Assembly: GCA_945861535.1 (NCBI GenBank)
Contig: CAMAUZ010000012.1
Location: 11,908-75,907, forward strand
Direction of reading: 5' to 3'
DNA length: 64,000 nucleotides
From: Akkermansia muciniphila
GTDB taxonomy: Bacteria; Verrucomicrobiota; Verrucomicrobiia; Limisphaerales; BJHT01
Shown here piece by piece: positions 36,237 through 46,008 of this stretch; positions within the stretch are counted from its first letter, which is position 1, and every line of letters starts with the position of its first letter. The notes under the pieces were generated by a model, which did not search any database, was not told the origin of the DNA, and saw nothing but the letters and a program-made list of their open reading frames with translations. The position numbers and the translations under genes are program-made.

Positions 36237-36923
36237 TCAGTGTTTGCGCAGCCAGGCTTTGAACCGGCGCACCGGGGTTCCCGGCCAGAGTTTGCGCCAC
36301 AGTTTGAAGCGCTCGGCAACGGTGGTGAACGGAAACGTGGTGCCGTCCGGCACGTACCAGTTGTTGAGCTGGGTGCGTTTGACGAGCTGGTAGCCGCGCC
36401 GGCGCAGATGGAAATGCGTGTCCCAGTTGAGCAGGTGATCCTCGACGAACAGCAGCGCGGGGCGGTGGCGGGCGAGGTCGAAGCCTTTCAAAACCTCGAG
36501 TTGGAGACCTTCGACGTCGATGCTGACGAAATCGAGGTGCGGACACCCGGCCTCGGCGAGCAGTTCGTCGAGCGTCATCAAGCGCACCGTTTCCTTCTGC
36601 AAGTAACGGGTGCCGGCATCGACGACGTTGGGTTGGAGCGAGGAGTGTTCGGAGTTCTCGCCGACATAGAGGTCGGCCGTGGGCGGATGGCCGGGCGCGC
36701 CACAGGCGACCTGGAAAACTCGCGAGCGCGGGCGGGCGGCTTCGAGGGCTTTGGTGAAACGCGCGAGCGGCTCGACGAGAATGCCGCGCCAGCCCTGCGA
36801 TTCGAGGAACCAGCTTTGCGAACTGTTCTTGGGATCGTTCGCGCCGACCTCGACGAAGAAGCCATCGGTCCGGCGGCCGAAGTATTCCCAGACCAGTTCC
36901 CCTTCGTTGCGGCCGGGTTTCAT
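36237..36923 (-). CDS. FkbM-family methyltransferase (second copy)
   Basis: ATG 36923: MKPGRNEGELVWEYFGRRTDGFFVEVGANDPKNSSQSWFLESQGWRGILVEP. The longer ORF-track N-terminus overlaps the upstream gene. Confidence 0.8.
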   Translation of the reverse strand: MKPGRNEGELVWEYFGRRTDGFFVEVGANDPKNSSQSWFLESQGWRGILVEPLARFTKALEAARPRSRVFQVACGAPGHPPTADLYVGENSEHSSLQPNVVDAGTRYLQKETVRLMTLDELLAEAGCPHLDFVSIDVEGLQLEVLKGFDLARHRPALLFVEDHLLNWDTHFHLRRRGYQLVKRTQLNNWYVPDGTTFPFTTVAERFKLWRKLWPGTPVRRFKAWLRKH

Positions 36924-37720
36924 CGCGGGGGCAGATGGGAATCGAGGCCGCGGGCGCAGCGGAGCTTGCACGTGCGGATGGTTTCCTCGAGGCGGGCAAG
37001 GCTCTGGGCGACATGCGCCTTGGGGGCCTCGGGGTGATTCAGGTGATAGACCACGGCATGAGCGTACACAAATTTGCGGGGCCGGCCAAGCTGGTAGAGC
37101 CGGGTGCCCATGTCCGAGTCCTCGCCAATGCCCCAGCCGGCATATTCCTCGTCGAAGCCATTGATGGCGACGAGGTCGTCCCGCCACGCGGCGAGGTTGC
37201 AGCCAATGATGCCGCGCTGTTTCGTGTCTCGGCGCACGATGGGAAACGGCAGCCGCAGGGCTTTGGCGATGCCGGTGATGCGGCCGATGAGCAGCCACGC
37301 GAACACCGGCGTGGTCGCGAGGTCAAAGGCGGGCACATGTTTTTCGACCACGAAACAGCGGCGGCCCTGCACCCAGAAACCGCGTTGCGCGAGCGTGGCG
37401 TGATCCTCGACGTAGCGGCGGTGCGGCACGCAGTCGCCGTCAATGAAGACAAGGTAATCGCCCGCCGCCGCGGCGACGGACTGGTTCAGGATCACCGTTT
37501 TCCGGAAGCCGTCATCGGGATGCCAGACGTGCCGCACGGGGAAGGGCGCCTGCCGCGCGAACTCGGCGACGAGCGCCCGCGTCGGTTCGCCGGAGCCGTC
37601 GTCGGAGACCAGCACTTCGGCGGGCGCCTGGCTCTGGCGGGCGACGCCGGCGAACACTTTGGCGAGCGCGTCGGGGCGGTTGTAGGTGCTGATGATCAGC
37701 GAGACGCGGGGGGCGGACAT
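36920..37720 (-). CDS. Glycosyltransferase family 2
   Basis: ATG 37720: MSAPRVSLIISTYNRPDALAKVFAGVARQ...VLVSDDGS...FIDGDC. ATGA overlap with the next gene. Confidence 0.85.
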   Translation of the reverse strand: MSAPRVSLIISTYNRPDALAKVFAGVARQSQAPAEVLVSDDGSGEPTRALVAEFARQAPFPVRHVWHPDDGFRKTVILNQSVAAAAGDYLVFIDGDCVPHRRYVEDHATLAQRGFWVQGRRCFVVEKHVPAFDLATTPVFAWLLIGRITGIAKALRLPFPIVRRDTKQRGIIGCNLAAWRDDLVAINGFDEEYAGWGIGEDSDMGTRLYQLGRPRKFVYAHAVVYHLNHPEAPKAHVAQSLARLEETIRTCKLRCARGLDSHLPPR

Positions 37721-38490
37721 GGCGGGGCGGAGCCGTGCAGGTGCTCGTAGAGGCGCGTGTGGCGAAAGAGCGTGGCGTACGCGGTCGAAACCGCGATGAA
37801 AAAGCCGGGGTAACCGTCGAGAAATCCGCGCCGGAAAAAATAGGCGCGAACGAACCGCCAGGCGGCCCGGACGATCACGGGGGCTGCGGACCAACGCTTG
37901 CCGGCATCGAGCTGGCGCTGAAGGTAGAGGTCCGCGTAGTAGGGGAATTTTTTCAACAGGTCCGCGATGCTCGGGCTGCTGTAGTGATGCAGGTCGCTGC
38001 GGAGGCGCTTTTCCGCGCCGCGCAATTCCACGGCGCAATGTTCGGTGCTGCCGCCCCATTTTCCCGCGTCCCGGCGATACAGGCGCAGTACGCGGTCGGG
38101 GTACCAGTCGCCGTGGGTGATCCAGCGGCCAAGGAACCAGACCTTGCGCGGACAGGACGCGCCCGCGAAGCGCTCGTGTTCGCCGGTGAAAAACTGCTCC
38201 AACTCGCGGCGGAGCGCGGGCGAAACCTCCTCGTCGGCATCGAGTTGGAGAATCCACGGCTGGGTCGCGTAGGTCTGCACCAGGTTTTTCTGCCCGCGAA
38301 AGCCCTGCCAGGCGTGGCGGTGGACGCGACCGTCGTGTTTCCGGATGAGTTCCTCGGTACCATCACGCACCTCCTCGTTGATCACGGCGACGATCTCAGC
38401 GGTCCAGCCGGCCACGCTCTCGAGGGCGCGGCCGATGCGCCGCACTTCGGCGCCGGAGATGAAGCAGACGGAGATCGGGAGGGGATTCAT
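37696..38490 (-). CDS. Glycosyltransferase family 2 (LPS-core WaaE/KdtX-like)
   Basis: ATG 38490: MNPLPISVCFISGAEVRRIGRALESV...ILQLDADEEV. Confidence 0.7.
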   Translation of the reverse strand: MNPLPISVCFISGAEVRRIGRALESVAGWTAEIVAVINEEVRDGTEELIRKHDGRVHRHAWQGFRGQKNLVQTYATQPWILQLDADEEVSPALRRELEQFFTGEHERFAGASCPRKVWFLGRWITHGDWYPDRVLRLYRRDAGKWGGSTEHCAVELRGAEKRLRSDLHHYSSPSIADLLKKFPYYADLYLQRQLDAGKRWSAAPVIVRAAWRFVRAYFFRRGFLDGYPGFFIAVSTAYATLFRHTRLYEHLHGSAPPCPPPASR

Positions 38491-38703
38491 GCGCCGACGC
38501 CGCAGCGCCCACGCGGGTCGCTGAAAGTCAGCCTCCCACCGCCGTCCGGCAGAATTCCGAGGGTCGAACTGGTGCGGCTCATGTCGCGCAGTCAACCGGC
38601 AAAGCCGACCTGTGGACAGCAAAAATTTCCCGCCGCGGCGCACCGCCCGCGGCCGCTTTTTTCATCGCCAGGCCGGGGATAGTGGACTACCAGCTTCGCG
38701 ACG

Positions 38704-39774
38704 ATGCCTGCCCAGCTCGCCAGCCTGTACCACACCACCCGCTCCGCCCGCAAAATCGTGGTGGTGGACCTGGGTTTCCTCGGCGACTCGGTGCATCTGA
38801 TACCCGCGCTCGTGGAGCTCAAGCGCCATTATCCCCAGGCGGAACTGCATACCCTGTCCGCGCCGGTGGGCCGCGATGTGTTGCAGCTCGCGCCGTGCGT
38901 GGACCGCGCGTGGGAGTTTCCGCTCGGGGCGCCGAGTCCGCCGTGGTGGCGGCATTGGTCCATCCTCCGCGAATTGCGGCGCGCGCGCTTCGATCTCGCG
39001 TTCAATTTCAGCGGGGCGGACCGGACGATTTTTCTCACGGCACTTACCGGTGCCCGCTGGCGCATTGCGCATGCCGGGGGCCGGGATCATTTCTGGAAAA
39101 GGTGGCTGATCCGCAACTGGGTGCCGCGGCAAAACCGGGACGTGCCGGTGTTCGAGCAGCGCCGGGGGGTGTTGGCGGCGTGTGGATTGGAATTGGAACC
39201 GGCGCGGTTTGAACTCGCGGTTCCGGCGGCGGCGCGGGCGTGGGCGGAGCAAAACGTCCCGTCCGGGGCGGTGCATCTGTCGGTCAACGCCGCCAGCACG
39301 CCGCTCAATGAGTGGCCGCTGCGACACTCGGTGGCTGTGGTAAAACAACTGCTGGCCGCGCAGCCGGAGCGCCCCGTAATCGCCTCCGCCAGCGCCAAGC
39401 CGCGCGAGCAAACCCGCATGGCCGCGCTCCGTGCCGAGGTCGGTGATCCGCGGCTGCGAGTGTTGCCGGCTGGTTTGACCATCGCGCAACTGGCCGCCGC
39501 CTTGCAGCGTTGCCGCGTACACGTCGGGCCGGACTCCGGCGTCATCCACCTGGCGATGGCGCTGGGCGTGCCGACGGTGTCGTTATTCCGCGAGTCCGTC
39601 GGCCGCGCCCAGTGGCAGCCGCGAGGCCCCGGGCATCGCAACGAGACCCGCGCCTGTGCCTGCATCGGCATGAAAAATCCGCCGTGTGCGGCGGCCGGCG
39701 AGGCGCGTTGTCTGGCGGAGATTTCGCCGGCGCTGGTCGGCCGGCTGGTCGAGGAGTTGCTTGTGCGGGGTTAG
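38704..39774 (+). CDS. Glycosyltransferase family 9 (heptosyltransferase-like)
   Basis: KIVVVDLGFLGDSVHLIPALVELKRHYPQAELHTL. Divergent from the GT2 genes. Confidence 0.8.
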   Translation: MPAQLASLYHTTRSARKIVVVDLGFLGDSVHLIPALVELKRHYPQAELHTLSAPVGRDVLQLAPCVDRAWEFPLGAPSPPWWRHWSILRELRRARFDLAFNFSGADRTIFLTALTGARWRIAHAGGRDHFWKRWLIRNWVPRQNRDVPVFEQRRGVLAACGLELEPARFELAVPAAARAWAEQNVPSGAVHLSVNAASTPLNEWPLRHSVAVVKQLLAAQPERPVIASASAKPREQTRMAALRAEVGDPRLRVLPAGLTIAQLAAALQRCRVHVGPDSGVIHLAMALGVPTVSLFRESVGRAQWQPRGPGHRNETRACACIGMKNPPCAAAGEARCLAEISPALVGRLVEELLVRG

Positions 39775-39797
39775 CCTGAATATCTCATGCTCATTTT

Positions 39798-39917
39798 GTA
39801 GCGCAGGCTTCCAAGCCTGCTGTATCGCGGGTTTCTAAACCCGCGGCGCGCCCGGCGAGGCCGACACCCTGCCGACTTGGAAGTCGGCGACACAGCAGGT
39901 TTGGAAACCTGCGCTAC
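39798..39917. repeat. REP family R1, copy 3 (inverted orientation)
   Basis: gtagcgcaggcttccaagcctgctgtatcgcgggtttctaaacccgcgg...cgacttggaagtcggcgacacagcaggtttggaaacctgcgctac. Confidence 0.9.
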
Positions 39918-40030
39918 AAGGATGGGCGGCCTGCGGCTGCGATGGGACTATGAAATATCCGGGTTAGCGGTCGTGCCCCGGCCCGCGTTGGGGCGCAGCT
40001 CAGTTTCGTGCCCGCGGCTTGGCGTCCGCG

Positions 40031-40178
40031 CCAGCCGGGTGGGGCAGGCATCCTTGCCTGCCAGTGGGCGGGGCATCCCTGCCCCGTGTTCCCGGTTCCG
40101 CGCGGGTGCTCGGCCAATGGAACCGGGCGGCAGGGCTGCCGCCCGAGCTGGCAGGCAAGGATGCCCGCCCCACCCGGC
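40031..40178. repeat. REP family R3, copy 1
   Basis: ggtggggcaggcatccttgcctgccag...ggggcatccctgccccgtgttccc ... gggcggcagggctgccgccc..ctggcaggcaaggatgcccgccccac. Copy 2 is at 44555-44700. Confidence 0.9.
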
Positions 40179-40321
40179 ACGCGCGCGTACCGCCGCAAGT
40201 TTCCTCGAGCACGGCACCCGTGCCTGCCGAAGGTTGCAGGAAACCGCGATGCGCCCCCTCCCGCGTTGCCGCCGGGGAAATTGGACTCGCAAGCCCCGGA
40301 CGGGAGCCGCAGTTTCCCGCG

Positions 40322-42133
40322 ATGCTTGTGTTCCTTTCCCGCCTGCTCCAATTGATCCAGCCGTATCGGTTCCGGCTGCTCGCCGGGGTGTCGCTCGGTG
40401 TGCTGGCGGGGATGGTGGAACCACTGCTCATGGTCAGCGCCAAGGTGGTGGTGGATGCGCTCTTTCCGACGGTGGGCAGCGCCACGGCGCTGCATCTGCC
40501 CGCCTGGGCGCCGGACCTGCTGCGTGACTGGGCGACCCAGCTTAACGGGCATCTGGCCAACGCCCGGAGCGGCGAGTCAACGAAGTGGGTGGTGGCGTTG
40601 ATCCCCGCGGTGATGTTCGTGCGCGGCCTGCTGGGCTACTTCAATAATTACTTTCTCCAGTGGGTCTCCATCCGCGCGGTCACCGACCTGCGCGTGAAAC
40701 TGTTCACGCATTTGTTCACGCTGCCGCTGAGCTTTTTTCACAAAACTAGCACGGGCGAACTCATGTCCCGGGTGGTGCATGACGTCGTGGCGCTGCAGGG
40801 GACGCTCAGTTCCACCACGGTCACCATCATCAAGGATCCGGTGACCCTGATCAGTTTGCTGGCGTTTCTGCTGTGGCAGAACCCGCAGGTGACGCTGGTG
40901 TTGCTGCTGACGGTGCCGATTTGCGTGATTCCCATCGCCACGTTCAGCCGCCGGGTGCGCCGCAGCTCGGCCGCGATCAACGACGAGTTTGTCGAGATTG
41001 CCAAGGTGATGCAGGAATCCTTCAGCGGCGCCCGCATCGTGAAGGCCTACAATCTCGAGCCGCATGTTGCGGGCCAGTTCGCGTCGTCGTCCCGCCGGTT
41101 TGTCAGTCACTACATGCGGCTGATCCGCTCGACGGAAACTCCGGGGCCGCTGATCGAGTTCATGGGGTCCGTGGGGGTCGCGGGGTTTCTGCTCTATGCC
41201 GCGGGGCGGACCGGCGCGGTGGGGTCGCCGGGCGAGATGCTGATGATCGTGGGCAGCATTTTCTCGATGTATCGCCCGATCAAGTCGCTCACGCGCCTGC
41301 ACAGCAATCTCGAGCAGGCCCGCGCGGCCAGCGAACGGGTGTTCCAGTTGCTCGAGATTCGCTCCGACCTGGTCGAACCGGCGCAGCCCCGGCCGCTGGT
41401 GGCCGCCGGAGCAGCCGTCGAGTTTGACCGGATTTCTTTCGCGTATGGGGATCGGCCGACGGTGTCCGACGTGAATCTCACGGTGCCGGCGGGCCGGTTG
41501 GTGGCGCTGGTCGGAGCGAGCGGATCGGGCAAGACGACGCTGACGAATCTGTTGCTGCGTTTCTACGACCCGCAGCAGGGCGCGGTGCGCATCGGTGGCA
41601 CGGACATCCGCGACGTTCACTCGCGGGACTTGCGCAACCAGATCGCGGTGGTCACCCAGGAGACGATTTTGTTCAACGACACGATGCGGAACAACATCGC
41701 GCTCGGGCGACCGGGGGCGACGGAGGCGGAGATCGTGGCGGCGGCCCGGCACGCGCACGCGCACGAGTTCATCGTCGAAAAGCCGCAGGGCTACGACACG
41801 ATGATTGGCGAAAAGGGCGTGGCGCTGTCGGGCGGGCAACGGCAACGGCTGGCAATCGCGCGGGCGATCTTGAAAGACGCGCCGATCCTCGTGCTCGACG
41901 AGGCGACCAGCGCGCTGGACACCGAGTCCGAACGGGCGGTGCAGGCGGCGCTGGAGGATTTGATGGTGGGGCGGACGACGATCTGCATCGCGCACCGGTT
42001 GTCCACGATTCAAAAGGCGGACCTGATCGTGGTTATGGAGCAGGGGCGGATCGTCGAGACAGGGACGCACGCGGAGTTGCTCGCGCACGGCCGGGTGTAC
42101 CGCAAGCTGCACGATCTCCAGTTCAACGTGTGA
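40322..42133 (+). CDS. msbA: Lipid A/lipid export ABC transporter, fused permease-ATPase (MsbA-like)
   Basis: ATG 40322 (MLVFLSRLLQLIQPYRFRLL...), because upstream ORF-track residues cross R3. Six-TM domain, Walker A GASGSGKTT, signature LSGGQRQR, Walker B ILVLDEATS. Confidence 0.85.
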   Translation: MLVFLSRLLQLIQPYRFRLLAGVSLGVLAGMVEPLLMVSAKVVVDALFPTVGSATALHLPAWAPDLLRDWATQLNGHLANARSGESTKWVVALIPAVMFVRGLLGYFNNYFLQWVSIRAVTDLRVKLFTHLFTLPLSFFHKTSTGELMSRVVHDVVALQGTLSSTTVTIIKDPVTLISLLAFLLWQNPQVTLVLLLTVPICVIPIATFSRRVRRSSAAINDEFVEIAKVMQESFSGARIVKAYNLEPHVAGQFASSSRRFVSHYMRLIRSTETPGPLIEFMGSVGVAGFLLYAAGRTGAVGSPGEMLMIVGSIFSMYRPIKSLTRLHSNLEQARAASERVFQLLEIRSDLVEPAQPRPLVAAGAAVEFDRISFAYGDRPTVSDVNLTVPAGRLVALVGASGSGKTTLTNLLLRFYDPQQGAVRIGGTDIRDVHSRDLRNQIAVVTQETILFNDTMRNNIALGRPGATEAEIVAAARHAHAHEFIVEKPQGYDTMIGEKGVALSGGQRQRLAIARAILKDAPILVLDEATSALDTESERAVQAALEDLMVGRTTICIAHRLSTIQKADLIVVMEQGRIVETGTHAELLAHGRVYRKLHDLQFNV

Positions 42134-42151
42134 CGAGGGAGGGAGGGGAGT

Positions 42152-42233
42152 TTGGGGCAAAGGAATGGAGGCACAGGAATGGGGACGGGGAAACTTGTTG
42201 TCTTCATTCCTTTGCCGCCATTCCTTTGCCAAA
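42152..42233. repeat. REP family R4, copy 2 (inverted)
   Basis: ttggggcaaaggaatggaggcacaggaatggggacggggaaacttgttgtcttcattcctttgccgccattcctttgccaaa. Confidence 0.9.
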
Positions 42234-42370
42234 TCAGTTTCGGCGAGTGGGTTCAAAACTTTGCCGGTCAGCGCCTGGCTGCGCCGCGAGATTGGATTCG
42301 GAGTTCAGGGCGAAAATAAAAACGCCGCCGCCAGGGGAATGGCGGCGGCGTGGTGAGCGGGGACACTCGC

Positions 42371-42685
42371 CTACTTCTTTTTCTTCTTCGAGAGACCGTC
42401 GGGTCGCTTGAGCGTGTCCTGCATCGCGGAGCGTTCGCCCTCGTCGATCTTGCCGTCGCTGTTCTTGTCGAACTTCGCCATCAGGGCGGCGTTCTTCTCG
42501 ATCAGCGCGATTTCGTTGGGTTCCAGGATGCCGTTCTTGTTCAGATCGAGCTTGGCGACCGGGCTGAAGCTCTGGACTTCTTCGGCGGGTTTTTTCTTGG
42601 CGGCCTTGTCAGCGGCGAAGACGTCGCCGCCGGTCAGCAGCGTCGCGAGGGCTAGTCCGAGGGAGAGGGAAAATGCGGATTTCAT
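42371..42685 (-). CDS. Small secreted EF-hand calcium-binding protein
   Basis: Signal peptide MKSAFSLSLGLALATLLTGGDVFA. EF loops DLNKNGILEPNE and DKNSDGKIDEGE. Lys-rich tail. Confidence 0.75.
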   Translation of the reverse strand: MKSAFSLSLGLALATLLTGGDVFAADKAAKKKPAEEVQSFSPVAKLDLNKNGILEPNEIALIEKNAALMAKFDKNSDGKIDEGERSAMQDTLKRPDGLSKKKKK

Positions 42686-42791
42686 GGGAGTCGAAGTGTG
42701 CGGGGTGAAACCGGGAGGTGGAAAAAGCGAACACCCCGCCGCCGCACAAATCGTGTCGGCGACAGGGTGTTCATGAGGGCGGCGAAGCAGC

Positions 42792-43052
42792 TTACTTCTT
42801 CTCTTTCTTCTTCGCGGCGGCGGCGAAACCGGGGAGCTTGGCTTCCTGGGCCTTCTTCTGGTCGTCGGCGCTGATGGCCTTCTTCTCTTCGGGGCTCAGC
42901 TTGCCGTCCTTGTTGCTGTCGTACTTCTCGGTCAGTTCCTTCATCAGGGTCTTCTGCTCGGCGGTGAGTTCGGCGGCCTTCTTCTTGTCGGCGGCGTTGA
43001 CGGTGAGGGCCGCGGCGCACAGGAGGCCGAGGATGGTGGCGGTGAGTTTCAT
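42792..43052 (-). CDS. Small secreted EF-hand protein (paralogue)
   Basis: ATG 43052: MKLTATILGLLCAAALTVNA. EF loop DSNKDGKLSPEE. Lys-rich tail KKKEKK. Confidence 0.65.
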   Translation of the reverse strand: MKLTATILGLLCAAALTVNAADKKKAAELTAEQKTLMKELTEKYDSNKDGKLSPEEKKAISADDQKKAQEAKLPGFAAAAKKKEKK

Positions 43053-43372
43053 AATGGTAACGATGAGTTGTTTTTGTTTAAGCCGGGTTATCCCGGTAAT
43101 CGTGGCAGACGCAGGCGCGGCAACGGAGGTTACAAAGACTTTTCGCCGGCGAAAACGGGGGCACCGGGACTGGCTGGCGTCCGCATCGCCGCGCGCTCCC
43201 GCGCTCCCGCGCTCCGCCGCCAGCTCCCCCCGGCCGCCGGAGTGACTGGCCGCGTGTCTGCCGGCTCCCAATATCCACGAACGCTTCATTTCCCACTCAT
43301 CACGGATCACTGGTCACAGATTACCAATTACTTTCCTCCCCGCCCGCCGGTCAGTGAGCTATAACCAAAATC

Positions 43373-44482
43373 ATGTACGAATTACCACCGGGTTTGGAGA
43401 CAGTTGGGCGCACGGATGTCCGTTGGCACGGGCGCACGGTGGCCTACTTCGGGGGGTGCGATTATTTCCGGCTGGCGGGTGATCCGGAGGTGGTGGAGGC
43501 GGCGTGCGGGGCGGCGCGGCGGTTTGGACTGGGCGTGGCGGCGTCGCGGCGGACGACGGGGAATCACGCGCTGTATGAGGAACTGGAGGCGGCGCTGGCG
43601 ACGTTTTTTGGCGCGGAAGGGGCGTTGCTCGTGGGTTGTGGTTACGCGACGGGGATGGCGGTGGCGCAGGCGTGTCGCGAGGGGTTTGACGAGGTGCTGG
43701 TGGATGAGCGGTCGCATGGGTGCATCGCGGATGCCGCGCCGCTGTTTGGCGGGCGGGTGCGGGAGTTTGGTCATCGGAATGCCGAGAGTCTGGCGGGCAT
43801 GGTCGCGCTGGAGGGGCGGGAGGAACGGGTGTTGGTGGTGACGGATGGGATGTTTGCGCATGACGGTTCGGTGGCGCCGCTCGGGGAGTATCGGCGGGTG
43901 TTGCCGAAGGGGGCGTGGCTGTTGGTGGATGATGCGCATGGCGCGGGGGTGCTGGGGGCGCGGGGGCGCGGCACGCCGGAACTGACGGGGGTGGGGCGGC
44001 GGCATCTGATTCAGTTGGTGACGTTGAGCAAAGCGTTCGGGGCGAGCGGGGGCGCGGTGCTGGGGCCGCGGGCGTTGTTGCGGGAGATTGTGAAACAGAG
44101 CGCGGTGTTTGTGGGGAGCACGCCGCCGCCGTTGCCGATGGCCGCGGCGGCGCTGGCGTCGTTGCGGCGGTTGGGGAGCGAGCCGGAGTTGCGGGCGCGG
44201 CTGGTGGCGAACAGCGCGTTGCTGAAGCGCGGCTTGCGGGACGCGGGCTGGCCGGTGGAGGCGACGCCGGGACCGGTGGCGGCGGTGTTGCCGCAGTCGG
44301 CGCGCGCGGCGGCGACGTTGCAGCGGCAGTTGCTGGCGCACGACGTTTTCCCGCCGTTCATCCGGTATCCGGGCGGGCCGGACCGCGGGTATTTCCGCTG
44401 CGCGGTGTCGAGCGAACACACGCGCGAACAGATCGAGCGGCTGGTGGAAGGGATGCGGTTGGGAAAAGAGCACCCGGGTTGA
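43373..44482 (+). CDS. Alpha-oxoamine synthase family PLP enzyme (8-amino-7-oxononanoate synthase/BioF-like)
   Basis: 369 aa; ...LLVDDAHGAGVLG..., PLP-lysine context VTLSKAFGASGGAVLG. Confidence 0.75.
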   Translation: MYELPPGLETVGRTDVRWHGRTVAYFGGCDYFRLAGDPEVVEAACGAARRFGLGVAASRRTTGNHALYEELEAALATFFGAEGALLVGCGYATGMAVAQACREGFDEVLVDERSHGCIADAAPLFGGRVREFGHRNAESLAGMVALEGREERVLVVTDGMFAHDGSVAPLGEYRRVLPKGAWLLVDDAHGAGVLGARGRGTPELTGVGRRHLIQLVTLSKAFGASGGAVLGPRALLREIVKQSAVFVGSTPPPLPMAAAALASLRRLGSEPELRARLVANSALLKRGLRDAGWPVEATPGPVAAVLPQSARAAATLQRQLLAHDVFPPFIRYPGGPDRGYFRCAVSSEHTREQIERLVEGMRLGKEHPG

Positions 44483-44554
44483 TCCGAATCCCGAAGTTGG
44501 GGAGCGCACCCGACCCGGGTGTGGCGGGCTGCGCCCGCGGGTGTGGCCTCCGCG

Positions 44555-44700
44555 CCAGGCAGGTGGGGCAGGCATCCTTGCCTGCCAGTTCACGGGGCAT
44601 CCCTGCCCCGTGTTCCCGCTGCCGCCGTGGCCTGTCCGCCATGGAAACGGGCGGCAGGGATGCCGCCCGAACTGGCAGGCAAGGATGCCTGCCCCACAGC
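44555..44700. repeat. REP family R3, copy 2
   Basis: Aligns along its length with 40031-40178. Confidence 0.9.
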
Positions 44701-44774
44701 CCCGGTGGGCGCGCCTCCGCGTGTTTCCTCCACAACCGCGCGCTTGCCTGCTGATGCCTGCAAGAAACTGAGCT

Positions 44775-46001
44775 GTGCCCGCAGTCTCATCGACGCCCGG
44801 AAAATGCTGTTGTCCGGCCGGGGTGTCCCGCTACGCTCCACGCGCTTTGAGCCGGGTTTTCATCAGTTACCGTCGGGAGGATGATGCGCACTGTGCGCGC
44901 GTGCGTGACTTGGCCACGCGTCTGGAGCGGACCGGCGTGCAGGTGGTGCTGGACGAGTTCGCGCAGTCCCGCGAGTTCCACGGTGGCGGTCCGAACGAAG
45001 GCTGGCCGCGCTTGAGCAAGCAACAGGCGGGCGATTCCACGCACAAGATTCTCATCATCGCCAGCGCCAGTTGGTTTCGCTGTTACGAGGGCAAGGAGCT
45101 TCCGGGAACCGGCCTCGGCGCGGCGGCGGAGGCGGGCGTGATCGAGCAGCGACTTTACAACGCCGCCGGCATCAGCGCCGACATTCGCATCGTCACCCTG
45201 GCGGCGCTCGATCCCTCCGCCGTGCCGCTCGACCTCCAGCGCTACCAGCGCTTTGCCGATCCCGAGAGATTCTCCGATCTCGTCCACTGGCTCACCGGCA
45301 CGGCCCCCGTCATGGCGGCCCCCGCCGTGATCGCCGAGTGGCCCGACACGCCGCCGCCGCTGCACTGGCCGGTGGCGGATCACACCGCGGTGCGCACGGC
45401 GTTTGCGTGCCTGCTGACCCGTCCCGCACCGTGTCGCTTCCTGCTGCTGCGCGGTTCGAGCGAGGCGGGCAAGAGCCATCTCACGCGGCAGATGTTCGGC
45501 AATGCCCTGCGCCTGCCGGGGCTGGCGTGTGGCCGCTACGACTTCAAGGGAACCACCGGCGGCGACCGGGAATTGTCCGCCTTCGTGCAGAATCTCGAGG
45601 TGCCGCTCCCGGCGGGCGGTCGCGCCCTCGCCGACGGTTTCAGCCACATCCTGGCGGCGCTCAAGCAGCGGGCGCAGCCGGCCCTGCTGATTTTCGACAC
45701 GTACGAACTGGCCGGCGGCGAGGCTCGCGACTGGGTCGAGAAACAACTGCTCCCCTCCCTCCTCCGCGCTCCGTGGCTGCGCGTGGTGATTGCCGGCCAG
45801 CAGGTGCCGGATTGTGCCGCCGCCGCCTGGGCCTTCCCGGCACCCACCCCGCTGCAACTGGTCGCGCCGCCGCCGGAGGATTGGCTGGCGTTTGGTGAAG
45901 CTCACAAACCGGGCCTGACCTTGGATTTCGTCCGGCAGGCGCACGCGTTCTGCGGTGGCAGGGCCAGCCTGCTGGCGCAACTCCTCGGCCCCGCCACGTA
46001 G
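44775..46001 (+). CDS. SEFIR/TIR-like domain fused to a STAND (NB-ARC-like) P-loop NTPase; N-terminal half of a split NLR-like protein
   Basis: VFISYRREDDAHCARVRDLATRLERTGVQVVLDEF..GWPRL..KILIIASASWFRCYE (SEFIR/TIR pattern). Walker A LLLRGSSEAGKSH (nt 45453-45476), Walker B-like ALLIFDTYE, RVVIAGQQ, and a terminal FCGGRASLLAQLLG. In-frame start options are GTG 44775, GTG 44823 and TTG 44847 (MSRVFISY). Confidence 0.7.
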   Translation: MPAVSSTPGKCCCPAGVSRYAPRALSRVFISYRREDDAHCARVRDLATRLERTGVQVVLDEFAQSREFHGGGPNEGWPRLSKQQAGDSTHKILIIASASWFRCYEGKELPGTGLGAAAEAGVIEQRLYNAAGISADIRIVTLAALDPSAVPLDLQRYQRFADPERFSDLVHWLTGTAPVMAAPAVIAEWPDTPPPLHWPVADHTAVRTAFACLLTRPAPCRFLLLRGSSEAGKSHLTRQMFGNALRLPGLACGRYDFKGTTGGDRELSAFVQNLEVPLPAGGRALADGFSHILAALKQRAQPALLIFDTYELAGGEARDWVEKQLLPSLLRAPWLRVVIAGQQVPDCAAAAWAFPAPTPLQLVAPPPEDWLAFGEAHKPGLTLDFVRQAHAFCGGRASLLAQLLGPAT

Positions 46002-46008
46002 CAACGAC

